Shown piece by piece: positions 28,059 through 43,028 of a stretch of 64,000 nt of DNA. The stretch comes from the human T2T-CHM13v2.0 reference genome, Homo sapiens. A program made the position numbers and the translations under genes. The number at the start of each line of letters is the position of its first letter. Within the stretch, counting starts at the first letter, position 1. The stretch lies in assembly GCF_009914755.1 (NCBI RefSeq), contig NC_060926.1; one strand, 5' to 3'. The notes beneath the pieces are model-generated. The model was given only the letters and a program-made list of their open reading frames with translations. It had not been told where the DNA came from and did not search any database.

Positions 28059-30690
28059 TGATATGGTTTGACTGTGTGCCTACCAAAATATCATCTCAAA
28101 TTGTAATCCAAATTGTTATCTGCATGTGTTGAGGTAGGGACCTTCTAGGAGGTGATTGGATCATGGGGGCATTTCCCCCCATGCGGTTTTTGTGATAGTG
28201 AGTTCTCATGAAATCTGGTTGCTTGGTAAGTGTTTGGCACTTCCCCCTTCTCTCTCTCTGCTTTGGCATGGTAAGACATGCCTTGCTTCCCCTTCACCTT
28301 GTGCCATGATTGTAAGTTTCCTGAGGCCTCCTCAATCATGCAGAGCTGTGAGTCCATTAAACCTCTTGTTTTCATAAATTACTGAGTGTCAGGTAGTATC
28401 TTTATAGTAATGTGATAACAGACTAATACAGAGAATTGGTACCAGCAGAGTGAGGTGCTGCTATAAAGATAACCTGAAAATGTGGAATTGACTTTGGAAC
28501 TGGGTAATAGGAAGAGGTTGGAATAGTTTGGAGGGCTCAGAAGAAGAGAGGATGATGTGGGAAAGTTTGGAACTTCTTAGGGATTTGTTGAATGGCTTTG
28601 ACCAAAATGCTGATAGTGATATGGACAATGAAGTCCAGGCTGAGGTGGTCTCAGATGGAGATGAGGTACTTGTTGGGAACTGGCATAAATTTGACTCTTG
28701 CTATGTTTTAGCATAGAGAATGGTGGCATTTTGCCCCTGCTCTAGAGATCTCTGGAACTTTGAACTCGAGAGGGATGATTTAGGGTATCTGGTGGAAGAA
28801 ATTTATAAGTGGCAAAGCATTCAAGAGGAAAAAAAGCATAAAAGTTAAAAAAATTTGCAGCCGGACGATGTGATAGCAAAGAAAAACCCATTTTCTGGGG
28901 AGAAATTTAAGCCAGCTGCAGAAATTTGCATAAGTAAAGAAGAGCTGAATGTTAATCACTGTATTAGTCCATTTTCATGCTGCTGATACCTGCGACTGGG
29001 CAATTAACAAAAGAGAGAGGTTTAATGAACTCACAGTTCCACATGGCTGGGGAGGCCTCACAATCATGGTGGAGGATGAAAGGCACATCTCACATGGTGG
29101 GAGACAAGAGAAGAGAGCTTGTGCAGAGAAATTCCCCTTTATAAAATCATCAGATCTCATGAGATTTATTCACTATCATGAGAACAGCACAGGAAAGACC
29201 TGCGCCAAGGATTCAGTTACCTCCCACTGAATCCCTCCCACAACACATGGGAATTGTGGGAGTTACAATTCAAGATGAGATTTGGGTGGGAACTCTGTCA
29301 AATCATATGAATCACCAAGACATGGGGAAAAATGTCTCTGGGGCATGTCAGAGACCTTCACAGTAGCCCCTCCCATCCCAGGCCTGGAAGCCTAGGAGGG
29401 AAAAATGATTTCTTGAGCTAGGCCCAGGGACTCCCTGCTCTGTGAAGCCTTGGGATATGGTGCCCTGGGTCCCAGCTGCTTTAGCTCTAGTCATGGATAA
29501 AAGGGGCCAAGGTACAGCTCAGGCCATTGCTTCAGAGGGTGAAAGCTCCAGGTCTTGGCAGCTTCCAGTGGTGTTGGTCCTGTGGATATACAGTAGAGAA
29601 GAATTGAGATTTGGGAAACTCTACCTAGATTTCAGAGGATATATGGAAATGCCTGGATGTCCAGACAAAAGTTTTCTATCGGGGCAGAGTCCTCATGGAG
29701 AACCTCTGCTGGGGCAGTACAGAAGGAAAATGTGGGGTTGGAGCCCCCACACAGAGTTCCCACTGGGGAACTTCTTAATAGAGCTAGGAGAAGAGGGCCA
29801 CCATCCTCCAGATTCCAGAATGGTACATCCACCTACAGCTTCTACCATGCACCTGGAAAAGCCACAGACGCTCAATGCCAGCCATGAAAGCAGCCAGGAG
29901 GGGGGATGTACCCTGCAAAGCCACAGGGGCAGAGCTGCCTAAGGCCATGGTTGCTCACCTCTTGCATCAGTGTGCCCTGGATGTGAGACATGGAGTCAAA
30001 TAATACCATTTCGGAACTTTAAGATTTGACCGCACCACTGGATTTTGGACTTGCGTGGAGCCTGTAGCCCCTTTGTTTTGGCCAACTTCTCCCATTTGAA
30101 ATGGGTGTATTTACCCAATGCCCGCACCCTCATTGTACCTAGGAAGTAACCAACTTGCTTCTTATTTTGCAGGCTCATAGGCAGAAAGGACTTGCCTTGA
30201 CTCAGATGAGACTTTGTCCTTGGACTTTGGGTCAGTGCTGGAATGAGTTAAGACTTTGGGGGACCGTTGCTAAGGCATGATTGTGTTTTGAAATGTGAGG
30301 TCATGAGATTTGGGAGGGGACAGGGATGATATACTTTGGCTGTGTCCCCACCCAAATCTCATCTTGAATTGTAGTTTCCATAATCCCCACATGTCATGGG
30401 AGGAACCCAGTGGGAAGTAATTGAATTATGGGAGTGATTAGCCCCATGCTGCTCTTCTGATGATAATAAGGTGTTCTCATGAGATCTGATGGTTTTATAA
30501 GGGGCTTCCTCCTTTGCTTAGCACTTATTTTCTCTCCTGCCACCCTGCGAAGGGGTGCCTTCCACCATGATTGTAAGTTTTCTGAGGCCTTCCCAGCCAT
30601 GCAGAACTATGAGTAAATTAAACTTCTTTTCTTTATAAATTTCCCATTCATGGGTATTTCTTCATAGGAGTGTGAGAACAGACTAATACA
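28059..30690 (+). mobile_element. MaLR element with internal region: LTR 28059-28430, MST/THE1-int, LTR 30327-30690
   Basis: Both LTRs read tgatat...gactaataca. Internal 'gagaattggtaccag...gaaaatgtgg' and 'gagggctcagaagaagagaggatgatgtgggaaagtttggaactt' are typical of MST/THE1-int. Confidence 0.92.
28960..29310 (-). mobile_element. THE1B-like solo LTR nested in the MaLR internal region
   Basis: tgtattagtccattttcatgctgctgata...catatga; perfect TSD ATCAC. Confidence 0.92.
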
Positions 30691-30940
30691 ACGATAAAAG
30701 CTGTCAACAAACTAGACATAGAAGGAACACACCACAATGTAATAAAGGGCATATATGACAAACACACATCTTGGATCATACTGAATGTAGAAAACCTGAA
30801 AGCATTTGCTCTAAGAACTGGAACAGGATAAGAATGGCCACTTTTACCACTCCTCTTAAGCAGAGTACTGGCATCCCTAGCCAGAGCAATCAGGCAAAAT
30901 AAGAAAAAAAGTTACCCAAATTAGAAAATAGGAAATCTAA

Positions 30941-31409
<469 letters not shown>

Positions 31410-33284
31410 TAGCTGAAAAAGAAATAAAGAAGGCCATCCTGTTTACAATAGCTACAAAATTTAAAGTATCTAGGAATAAACGTAACCGAAGAAGTAAAAT
31501 ACCTCTACGAAAAATACTATAAAACACTGACGAAAGATACTTAAAAGGACACAAATAAGTGGAAAGACATTCCATAATTTTGGATTGAAAGAATTAATAT
31601 TATTAGAATTACATACTACTCAAAGCAATCCACAGATTCTATGCAATCCCTTTCAAAATGCCAGCGAATTTTTTAACAGAAATAGAAAGAAAACAATCCT
31701 AAAATTGACCAAAAAAGAACCCAAATAGCCAAAGCCATCCTGAGCAAAAAGAACAAATCTAGAGGCATCACACTACCTGACTTCAAAATATATTACAAGG
31801 CTATAGTAACCAAAACAGCCTGATATTGGTGTATAAGCAGACACATAGATCAATGAAACAGCATAAAGAACCCAGCAATAAATCCAAGCACTTATAGACA
31901 ACTGATGTTTCTCAAGGTGTCAAGAACATACATTGGTGAAAAGACACACTCTTCAATAAGTGACACTGGGAAAATTGGATATCTACATGGAGAAAACTGA
32001 TACTAGACCCTTGTTTCTCACCAATACAAACAAACAAACAAAACAAAACAAAACTCAACATGGATTAAAGATTTAAATGTGAAACCCAAATGTAAAAAAC
32101 TCCTAGAAGAAAACATAGGGGAAACATTCTAGTACATTGGCTTAGCCAAAAAATTTTTGGTTATGACTTCAGAAGCATAGACTACAAAAATAAGAACAGA
32201 CAAATCTGACTATATTAAACTAAAAACCTTTATATAACATAAACAGCAGAGTGAAGAGACAATCTGTCAAATGGGAAAAATATCTGCAAACTATTTATCC
32301 AATAATGGACTGATATCCAGAATATACAAAATGGCCACCAGGTATATGAAAAAATGCCCAGCATCAGTAATCATAGGGGAAATGCAAATCAAAATCACAA
32401 TGTGATATCATCTTATACCAGCAAGAATGGCTATTATAAAAAAGACAAAAAATAACAAATGCTGGCAAGGATGAGAAGAAAAGGAAACTCTTATACATTA
32501 TTGGTGGGAATATAAATTAGCATAATCATTATGAAAATCAGTATGGAAATTTCTCAAGAAACTACAAATAGAACTACCATAAAATAGGGTGGTTCTATTT
32601 GGGATCCAACAATCCCACTATTGGATATTTCGCCAAAGAAAAGGAAATCATTACATCAGAAGGATACTTGCATCCTCATTTTTATTGTGGAAGTATTCAT
32701 AATATCAAAGATAGTCAATAAACCCAAGTATCCATCAATGGATGAATAGATAAGGAAAATATGGTATATATACACTATGGAATACTATTAGGCCATAAAA
32801 GAGAATGAAATCATGTCATTTGCAGCAACATGGATTGAAATGGAAGTCATTATATTAAAGGAAATAAGCCAGGCACAGAAAGACAAATATTGCTTGTTCT
32901 CACTCATATGAGGCAACTAAACGAGTTGATCTCACAAAAGTCGAGAATCTAATGATATTTACCAGAGACCTGAAATGATGTGTATGTGTGTGGGGAGTTG
33001 GGGATGAAGAGAGTTAGGTTAATGGATACAACATACAGTTAGAAGAAATATGTTCTAATGTTTGACAGCACAATAGAGTGACTGTAGTTAACAATAATAT
33101 GTTGTGTATTTCAAAATAGGTAGATGAGATTTGAAATATTCCTAACACAAAAAGTCATAAATGCTCAATGTAATGGATATCCAAAATACTCTGAGTTGAT
33201 TATCACACATTCTATGCATGTATCAAAATGTCGCTTGTCCCCTATAAACATGTACAAATAATACATATTAATTAAAAAAATTGA

Positions 33285-33580
33285 GGCCAGGCACAGTGGC
33301 TCATGATATAATCCCAGCACTTTGTGTGGTCAAGGCTGGTGGACTGCTCGAGCTCAGGAGTTTGAGATCAGCCTAGGAAACATGGCGAAATTCTGTCTCT
33401 ACAAAAAATACAAAAGTTAGCCGTCCTGGTGGTGTGTGCCTATAGTCCCAGGTACTCAGGAGGCTGTGGTGAGAGGAATACTTGATCCTGGAAGATTGAG
33501 GTTGCAGTGAGCTGTGATCTCCAGCCGGGGTGACAGAGCGAGATCTTGTCTCAAAGAATACATAAATAAATAAAATAAAT
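33285..33580 (+). mobile_element. Alu (AluJ-like) at the L1 tail
   Basis: 'ctcgagctcaggagtttgagatcagcctaggaaac'; TAAA tail. Confidence 0.9.
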
Positions 33581-33668
33581 TTAGAGACATTGTAAAGATA
33601 AATTAAATCTTGCATTTAGATTATGGGCACTCCAAGTTACCGTAGCTTGAGTACTAATGCAATGTGAC

Positions 33669-33955
33669 TTTTTATTTTTTGAGACGGAGTCTCGCTCTGT
33701 CGCCCAGGCTGGAGTGCAGTGGCGCGATCTCGGCTCACTGCAAGCTCTGCCTCCGGGTTTCACACCATTCTCCTGCCTCAGCCCCCTGAGTAGCTGAGAC
33801 TACAGGCGCCCGCCACCACGCCCGGCTAATTTTTTGTATTTTCAGTAGAGATGGGGTTTCACCATGTTAGCCAGGATGGTCTCGATCTCCTGACCTCGTG
33901 GTCCTCCCGCCTCCCAAAGCCCTGGGATTACAAGTGTGAGCCACCGCGCCTGGCC
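33669..33955 (-). mobile_element. AluY
   Basis: 'ctgcaagctctgcc', 'ccattctcc', 'ttagccaggatggtctcgatctcc'; CpG-rich; TSD gcaatgtgac/gcaatgtaac. Confidence 0.95.
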
Positions 33956-34199
33956 GCAATGTAACATTTTTTTAACTCTTTTGCCAGTGATCTTGAGCTC
34001 TGTTTTACGTTACATTAGCATATGTTACTCTGTACATTAATATATTAAGAAATGCATAGAAATTTAAATGCATATTCACATATCTGACTAATAAAAGTTT
34101 CTCTTCATTCAACACTGACATTTTGGGGGGAATCCAATGATGATAATGGCTAGTGTCTTAAAAGTAAATTGATTATGATTTGTGAGCGATATGTATGAT

Positions 34200-34535
34200 T
34201 CAAACTGGAAAATATCCACAGCAAGAAGTGCCTAGTTTCTTCAACAGATAACTTTCAAGGACCAGAGAGAGAGAGATTATTGATTAAATGATGAGATGTA
34301 ACAGCCAATTAAAGTGCATGAGCTTTATTAGGATCTCATTTCAAACAAATTATAATTATATGACAATTGGGAAAATATAAACATTATTCAGAAATTTGAT
34401 AATAGTTGAAGTTTCTGTTAATTTTGAGGGCATGATAATGATAACATGATTGAGTTGGTGGTTGATAATAGGTAATATGTACATGATAATTCATTTATTC
34501 TTGATTGTTTTTGAAATTTTCCATTAAAAAAGTAA
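34200..34535 (+). mobile_element. Ancient L1 3'-end fragment
   Basis: 'cctagtttcttcaacagataac...ggatctcatttcaaacaaat...gacaattgggaaaat...tttgaaattttccattaaaaa'. Confidence 0.55.
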
Positions 34536-35169
34536 ATTGATACTAGAGAGAGATTTTCATTTAGCAAAAATAAGTTACAACTTTGATAAAACATGAAGAC
34601 CTGGGTTTAGATTCCATCTTGAAATTCCTACTGAAGCTTACTATTAATAATGTGAAAACTTATTTTTATGGTGAATAAAATTATTATTATTAATTACCAA
34701 TCAGAACTGTGGCTAAACCCGTATTTTTACATGAAATCTCACAATTTTTCTGAAAGGGCCCATCTAAATGTGAGCAAATGCAATGCAGAAACCTCATACC
34801 TATTAAGATTTTTAAGTAACTGAATTATTTTCTCACATTATTTTCTTGGATAACTCACCTTCTTTGACATTTTATGTCAGTTTCTCTGAAGTAGGAGGAA
34901 AATAATTATATATTTTGCTTGTAAGACAGATATCAGGAAATGTTGATAACAAAGATGTTTCTCAGTTTAAACATTTGGAATCTGAGGCTGAGGTATTTGT
35001 AAGCAAAGGTAGACTTATGTCAGTTTTTTGTTCATTGGATCTCCAAAGTTCCCTGTAACCCTTGACTCAGACTATAAGCCTATACCAGTTTGACCACATT
35101 GGCTAAGATAACTAGTTTAGTGTGTAATTACAGTAAGGAAGATGATATAATCAATTAATACTAAAAATT

Positions 35170-35390
35170 ATTGGCTAATATTGATTGAGTGCTCATAATT
35201 TATCTAGTGCTGTGTTAAACATTTTTTGTTTTGTTTTGTGTTTGTTTGTTTTTTTACAAAACTCCATTTACCTCACAACAAACCAGTGAGATATGTGCAA
35301 TTCTTACCTACCTATAGATGAAACTGAGGCTCGAAAAAATCTTAAACAGTTTTCCTACTCCTGGCAGGTGATGGATTTTAAATTGAATGT
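35170..35390. mobile_element. MIR
   Basis: 'gctaatattgattgagtgctc...cctcacaacaaacc...atagatgaaactgaggctc'. Confidence 0.7.
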
Positions 35391-37094
35391 AGACATTATT
35401 TACTTAATAAATTTTTTTAAAGAGTTTGCCATTGTCTAGGGTACTAGTTTTTTTATCTTTTTAGAAATTGAAATTGGCTCAACCATATATTATACTCAAT
35501 TATATATCCCATAGTGAACATTTAAAAAAATTCTCAAAATATTAGAGAATAATAAGCCCTTCTAATACTCTGGAGAATTTTAATAACTGTCTGATTCAAG
35601 CAGAAAGGCAGAAAAAGCACATGGTGATTCAGCTTTTTTGAGTACAAGAATATGATAGATCACTCTTAGTAACTGTAGCCTTGAAGATGAAATAAATGTG
35701 AACATAAGGCATAAAAAGAGAGCAATTTCAGAGAACAGGCAAATCTGAAAAGAAAAGTAAGGTGTTTATACAATGACTACATTGATTGATTTTTATTTTG
35801 TATTAATGAGTTGAAATTTAATTATCATCCTCATTCTGTTGTTCAGTAGCTCACCTCCAGACAAACTAGCTCCACAGTCTTTCTTTTGTTCCTAATCTAT
35901 GTCATTGGATACCACATGCCTTAGATCATATTAAACATTGTCCTCTAATTTGTTGACTTACTCATGAGCTGTTCTTTTCCTCCCTTCCTTGCTCTTATTA
36001 TTTCTTTGTAGCAACTACTCTCAAATGTTCTGAAAGCATTGATTTCTTATGGAGCTTTATGTCTAGACAGAAAGAAAAGGTCTGGCAAATCATTCAAATG
36101 TTTATGTAAACCAATGAACCAAACAGCTAATCAACACATTGTGGCATCCATGACTTCTATTAATAAACAAGAATGATTTCACCTCTACTTGTCCTCCTTG
36201 TACATTTTAATCATCCCAGCAGAATATTCTGGATCTGATGTTTGCTGTGAACAGGGCAGTTGTAAAATAATTTTTTTATTTCTTAGTATATGTTAATGCA
36301 TATTCTATTATTTTTATTTAAATTTAACAGAGTTTAATTGAGCTTTGATTGGTCAAGACTTGGTGATTTGTGCAAGAGTGAGTTACAGTCTGTTTACACA
36401 TCCAGTTAGGTTATGTTTCACTATATACAAAGAAACCTTTAGGCCAAACTTAAAATATGTACAGAGGCGGCTTTAGGCTAAGCTTAATTTAACAATTCCT
36501 CTTTTTGTCATTCTCTCAATTTTGAAAGATTGACCAAAATTTTAGGCACTGATGTCACTCTGTCGCTGTTGTAAATGTACCTATGTGGTCTTGAATCCCA
36601 CTGGGAAACAGCAGAATAATGGGTTTTGTAAGGTGGTAACAAGGACTTCAGGTTATCATTTTTTAAAGGGGTTAGAGTAGTTAGGACTACCTTGTGTTGG
36701 AATCTCCTGTTTTAGGGGGAAAAAAAACCTGTTTTAGAAACTGTCTGTTTCCTTAAAGTTTCAGTTTGATTATGTTGTGTTTAACATGAGTGACTTCAAT
36801 TTAATTTGGCCTGTTCTACTGGGGCCTAGTGCACGAGCTCAGTCCAAAACAATGGCCTCCCATAATTTTGTTTAAAAAATTCCCCCCTTTTGGTCAGATT
36901 CTCTCTTAGCTGAGAGTGTGACTAAGACATAGGTCTTTAGAATCACTCTTGGTTACCATCATTTTGGGTTCTGGTCTCAGTATGTCATTCATTGTTTATG
37001 ATATCCTCATGGTCACATGTTTTTTGAGTTTTTGTCATTGCAGTTGAAAAGAGACAATTTGAAATTCTACAGATGGCTTAGTGAAAACATTTAA

Positions 37095-37495
37095 AACGTG
37101 AGAGAATACAATGCACCAGGGAGACTACTATTATGATTATGAGAAGGATAATACCAAGAGTTTGGAGTATGCTGTTTAGCAAGGGTCCCCATGAACCAAA
37201 CCAACTAAAATTAAATAGACAAAGAATGAGCTACAGAGTCTACTTATTTCAACCAAGCAGTCTGTTTGTTAATCCCCTGCAACTGAATCTCTATAATACC
37301 CAATGTAGTCTTCTATTTGCAACTAGAAGTGTCAGCAACTGCATAGGTAATTCTCTGTTTAGCCAATAAGTAATCTAGATTTATTCTATTATTTAGCACA
37401 ACTTTTGCAACACAACTTAAAGTCTGTTGTGTAACCATAGCCTTTACAGTAGAATCTGCTATAGAGGCTACTATGGGGGATAACTTTCTAATCAT
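37095..37495 (-). pseudogene. env: Retroviral env TM subunit remnant (heptad, immunosuppressive domain, membrane anchor)
   Basis: SIADSTVKAMVTQQTLSCVAKVVLNNRINLDYLLAKQ, then after stops and a frameshift FSWFGSWGPLLNSILQTLGIILLIIIIVVSLVHCIL. Confidence 0.85.
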
Positions 37496-38007
37496 TGCCT
37501 CATTTACTCCAAACTGTAAAAAAAGAGAGACTTAGTAAATAATGCCCATCCAGAAGAGTGAAGGTTTCCTGGCAATGTTCTGTTAACCTATGAAGTAGGT
37601 TTACAGAAGTGTACTGATGTTCTGTTTCTGACTGATTATGAGGCAACAAATGTACCATTAACATTTTTCACCCATACTGGCCCTTCTTCTTTTGTCTATC
37701 AAGGCAGAAATTTGTCCATGTATTAGATTGGTTGCAAAATCCTCCACAAATAAAAGTACACCCCATAGGCACAAACAAGAGACCCATTTTTTAGTTCTTT
37801 TGTTCATAGAGGAATAAGCAAAGAAAAAACTGTGAGATTAGGGTCTCACGCTACTGGGAAAGTCTTGAACCATCATCTTGGGAAAAAGCTGTTTATATCA
37901 AGGATTCTGCCTACTTCTCAGGAGAAACTTCTTTGGTTAGCTTTACCTTAAGATCCCTGATGGGCATACAGTTTCAAGATTCTGGAGGGGCCATTCTGAC
38001 TGTGAGA

Positions 38008-38610
38008 TTATGAAACTAAGGTCCAAGATCCTGAAGTTTTGCTGCAGTGTGGGTGGCAGGGGCAGTCTTTCTCTGATGTTCTCAGAAGATCATCTCCAGG
38101 TTGTAGATAATGAATGGTTTGATTGTCCTCAGGCAGTGGACAATGAAAAGCTTTCTTTACCTGGTGAAAATATACTTTGGTATAATGCATTTAAGCCTTG
38201 TATCATTTAGTCATATCAGAGTTTAGTAGTGGAAGGTACATGAGGTTCTATTATTATGTGCATAGGCCTTCCAGTGACTTTTATAAAAGGTCAGCTTATA
38301 TTTTCCACTCTTAAGTGGATTTCATTGCCATCAATGTGCCATACCTTTGACCAAAGCAATCCAGTCAATTCAGTTAGCTTTGCTTAATGGTATTATATCT
38401 GTAATACCTCACTGAACAGTTTTAAAATTTGTCCAGTAAAGCAAGCACCTCTATCATTGCAGACTTTTTGTAGGAATGTCGCATGAGGGAAACACATTAC
38501 CTAATGACCATTTAGCTACTTTTATAACATCATCCCTGTTTCATGAGAAGGCTTTTATACAACCAGAAAACATGCATTGAAAATGACAGTTGAATGAAAT
38601 CCCTCTGTTA
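38008..38610 (-). pseudogene. pol: Retroviral integrase remnant
   Basis: Broken frames reading DFIQL, MFSG.I.AF, VFP..DIP, DRG..FTGQI and HYLQPGD. Confidence 0.65.
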
Positions 38611-41607
38611 TATGTTTAAATGACCCATCAGGTGGCAGAATTGTACCTGAATTTTTTATTGTCTTCCCTGGATTATGGGTTTGACAAACCAATCATTAGT
38701 CATAAACCATTTAGCAACTTGGAACAGTCACCACACTTATATATATGTTTTAATTTGGATCTTTTTATCTCTTCCATGATGAGTCATGGAATGCAGAGAT
38801 TTTAATCATGGAAGCTTTAAAGACTCAGGAAGGACCAGACAGCCATCCAGGCTCTCCATGTGTCCATGCCTAACATTGGACTTATGTCTTCTTAAATATC
38901 AGTTTTGTTTCTCCAATTTATGTGCATAGCACTGATAACTGAGAGATTATCATAGGTGATTTGACTTAGACCATGGAGTTCATTCAAATTGCATATCTAA
39001 ATAATTTCATAACTGGCTGATTTTAGCATGAAAATCTGGCAAAGTATTTTCTTGTTGTTTGATTAATTTTTGTTCTGCTTGGGTTGGCAGTTTTATAAAC
39101 CAGTCACTTTCTTTATTAGAGTCCTGGGAATTCTTTCCAAGACTAAATCATATGAGCTTAAAGTTATTAAAAACCTTTATTTTAGAGGGCTTATAAGGGT
39201 TCTTTCCATCCTATTCATGAACCTTCTTGAAGACATAACACTAGGATTTTGCTTGCTTGCGAAGTTTTCAGTAACTGCATCAGAATTATGCAACTAGCTG
39301 TAAAAATGACTTAAAATGGTCATAGTTAAAGACACAATTGATGAAGAAATTTGGTTATTTCTGTGGCCTACAACAATTTTACATAATAATCATAATCATG
39401 AATGAGAGCATATACCCAAATACATTAGAATTTTAGAAATTCCATACAATTTTGGAACATGTATTAATAAATTTATTGAAAGATAACTAGAAGGATAAAC
39501 ATTATTTCTTGTTTGACGATGCCTCCCATGTAATTTAATTTATCAGATAATCCTGTTGATCTCTGTTTTGGATGCTGCTGGAGCCCTCTGTATCATACCA
39601 CAGTTAGAGGTCAAAAAAGAGACTTAAGTTTGAAGCTGAAATTTGATTTTGGGAAGCCTATCAAATATGTCAAATATTTAAAACACTCGACAAAAAAGAG
39701 GATCACAGGTTACTGTAAAATAATAGTCATTCGTTTAGCCGAAGTGATAATAAAAAGATTTTAGAAAATAAACCCTTTTCTTTGACAGACAGTTGTCTCA
39801 GTTTTCCAAACAATCCAAAAACCTGAGAAAGACAGCTTGAGACAGAATGTGCTTTTTCTGTCCTGTCTTTCTCTCTCTTTTGTAGTTTACTCAAAAGGTG
39901 AACCAAAATATTTTACTGTCATGTTAATATTACACAAATTTTTTTCAAAACAGAAAACCAAATTTTACCTTTATATTAACACATTATCAACACTAAAGCT
40001 AATTTTAATAAAACCTTAAGATAAATCTATCAAATATGTCTTCTGACCACATAAAAATTTCATAATCATTTTATAATGTTTTATATATTTTTCTTCTAAA
40101 CTTTTTATGTTTATTTAATTTTATCTATATTTTTACTCCTTCAATTTAAAACAACTTTTAAATAACTTCTAGACAAAATACAAAATTGTTTTTAAACAAG
40201 TACATGTTTTGATGCCTTTCTAATTTTTGTCATCAAAAGCATATCTTGCTTTTGTTAATACACTCTGTATACAGAATTGTTTCTCTCATATCTAGTAGTT
40301 TTACTTACATGTATTAACCATAATTTTAACTCTTAGTAACCCTAATTTCTAGTAAAAATTTTAGGAAAAATTTTGGTACTGTTTCATATCAATATTTGTG
40401 ATGAAACCATTTCAGAAATATTTAGAAAGATGTTTCCTTAAATTACTGTTTATTACTATATCTAAATATATTTAGCTTTTCTATACTATATAAAAATAAG
40501 ATGTCAAAGTATATAAACTTAAACTCATGTTTAATAATTTATTACAGTATTTTAACTTACAAATGACTCAGCTTCTATGATTATCTGTTATAATTTAAAT
40601 TAACACAACATGACTTTAAGATTTTATATTACTGAAAAGAATTTTTAGACTTTGACACAGGTACCCTCCCTAATGTCTTCCGCAGTCATTCTGGGTCTCA
40701 GGTAGCAATGTAGTACCTAATATAGCTATAAAGGATAGGGCCTGAGTCCTGAGTTTACATACAAGGTGTAGAGCTCAGTGCAGGAGACAGAGCTGTGAAG
40801 ACAGTGCCTGCGGTATCCAACCCCTTCCAGAATAGCCAAGAGGCAAAACTGGGGCAGGGAAGAAGGAGCCATATTGGGCTTGATTCTGCCTTGTAGATAC
40901 TAGTCTAGGCATTTGAAACTTTTCCGTAGAACTCATCATGGCCATCTGTCCAGGACCGGGAACCCAGAGACACTCACCCAAAAACATAAGCTCACAGTCA
41001 AATCAAGCAAGTACTGAATTATATTTAACTGACAATTTTGAAGCCATTCTTGTTTTACTGATAATTTAAAACTAGCTTTATTTACCTAATATTACCAAAT
41101 ACACATAACACATATAGACATATATACATACAAACACACAGACAGAAACAGATATTATAGCTTACATAAAGGATTCCATTTGTTGGCTTTTAAATAGTTT
41201 TTCTTTTCCCCAGCAGACTATCAGTCTTACAATTATCTGTTTCATTGCCTTAAGCAAGTGTTAACTAGGCAACAATTTTGCATTTTTAAAGGGAGAACTT
41301 TTAGATGAAACAAGAAAATTTATATTTGAAAAGCACAGAGCTAACACTTTAGGCCTAAGTATTATAACATTTGCTAAAACAAAGGAAAAAATTGTGTAAG
41401 TAAAAGTTCAGTTTAAACAAGATAGTCAGAAAGGCATCTAAACAAAAGTATGATTTGTGTAAGTTCAAAACGATGGTAAGAGTTTTTATGTATACAGGCA
41501 GACACCTTACAAATAAAGATTTCCTTTATAGATGTAAATTTCTTTTAGAACAGGATTTCAAGATAGCCAGAAAATGCCAGAAAGATGTATTTCAGTTTGA
41601 TAGGTGG

Positions 41608-42012
41608 TGATATAGTTTGGATCTGTGTCTCCACCCTAATCTCCTGTTCTATTGTAATCCAGTGTTAGAGGTGGGGCATGGTGGGAGGTAATTGGATTAT
41701 GGAGGTGTTTCTCATGAATGGTTTAGTATAATCCCCTTGGTGCTGTCTCATGATAGTGAGTGAGTTCTCATGATACCTGGTTGTTTAAAAGTAGCAACTC
41801 CCTCCCCTTCTTTTGCTCCTATTCCGGCCGTGTTCCCTGTTCACCTTCTGCCATAATTGTAAGTTTCCTGAGGTCTCTCCAGAAGCCAAGAAGATGCCAG
41901 CATCATGCTTCCTGTACACTCTGCAGAACCATGAGCCAATTAAACATTTTTTCTTTATAAATTACCCAGTCTCAGGTTTCTCTTTATAGCAGTGCAAGAA
42001 TGAACTAACACA
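41608..42012 (+). mobile_element. MSTB-like solo LTR inserted in the provirus
   Basis: tgatatagtttggatctgtgtc...agaagccaagaagatgccagcatcatgcttcctg...gaactaacaca. Confidence 0.9.
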
Positions 42013-43028
42013 AATGGTCTTTTTAAATTAGCTACTATTTCTTAGCCAAAATTACTGACTTCAGGGTGAAGCCCATTAAGGAACAGGGGAAAGAAAGCAT
42101 TTTCTATTCTTGAATTCAGTATGGATAGATCTGAAAAAGAAGCAAGCCTACTTTACCCAAGCATCCACCTTTTGTAACTAAACCAAAAGGTTACCAGATT
42201 TATATTTTCTTATCAATTAGTCACTTAAGCCTTTTATTTGCTTTCTATAGTCTTTTTTAAAATCAATAAAAATATTGTAATCTTTTTAGAAGTTTCTCCA
42301 CATAAACAGGCATTCCTAGATGAGATTAATTTGGGAGACCTCATTTTCAAAAGTGCACTTCTTAAGGTGCAGTGTTGTTTATTTGGAATGTTCCCTTACA
42401 ATTTTAAATTACCTGTAGTATGATTTTGCCATTTCTATAAGCGTTTGCTGCTCCTGGCACCTAATATTTATTCATGTAATTGTAGGCATGGCATACAATC
42501 CTTTTGGATTGTAGGGAACCCAAAAGTCAGATTCCTAAGAAATTAAGAATCCCATTTTTACCTTGAATCTTGGCTTTGGCTCAGATCCCCTTGATCAACT
42601 TAGTCAATAACTTTTCCCTACTTAAACATGCAAGAAAAATAAACAAAGGGGTAGAACACAGAAATCCCTGCAGATTTCCAAAAGCCAAAGCTTGCACCCT
42701 TTGCAATATTGTCATTTAATAACTGGTTTCTGGCTGACCTATTCAGACATCTGAGCTCTCTAACTGGATCCAAGCCAATTAATTATTTGATCCAATTTGA
42801 TCCTGACCCAGTCCAGTTTCTGTCATGACTTCTGAACACAGTTCATATAGAAATTTGCTCAAACAAACTCAGAAAGCTCAAAACACAAATCCATGGACCT
42901 TTGGGATCTGAGAGAGAGCTTACCGGTGATCCCCAGTTGACATGAAAAAGCAATGGATACCATAGGCCCAGCAGGTACCTTTCTTGGTAACTCAGTGTTC
43001 CTGGGAGTCACTAGAAACTGTACCTCAG

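Noticed and set aside
28528-29942. ORFs up to 166 aa in the MaLR internal region
   Set aside because: Typical broken THE1/MST-int frames.
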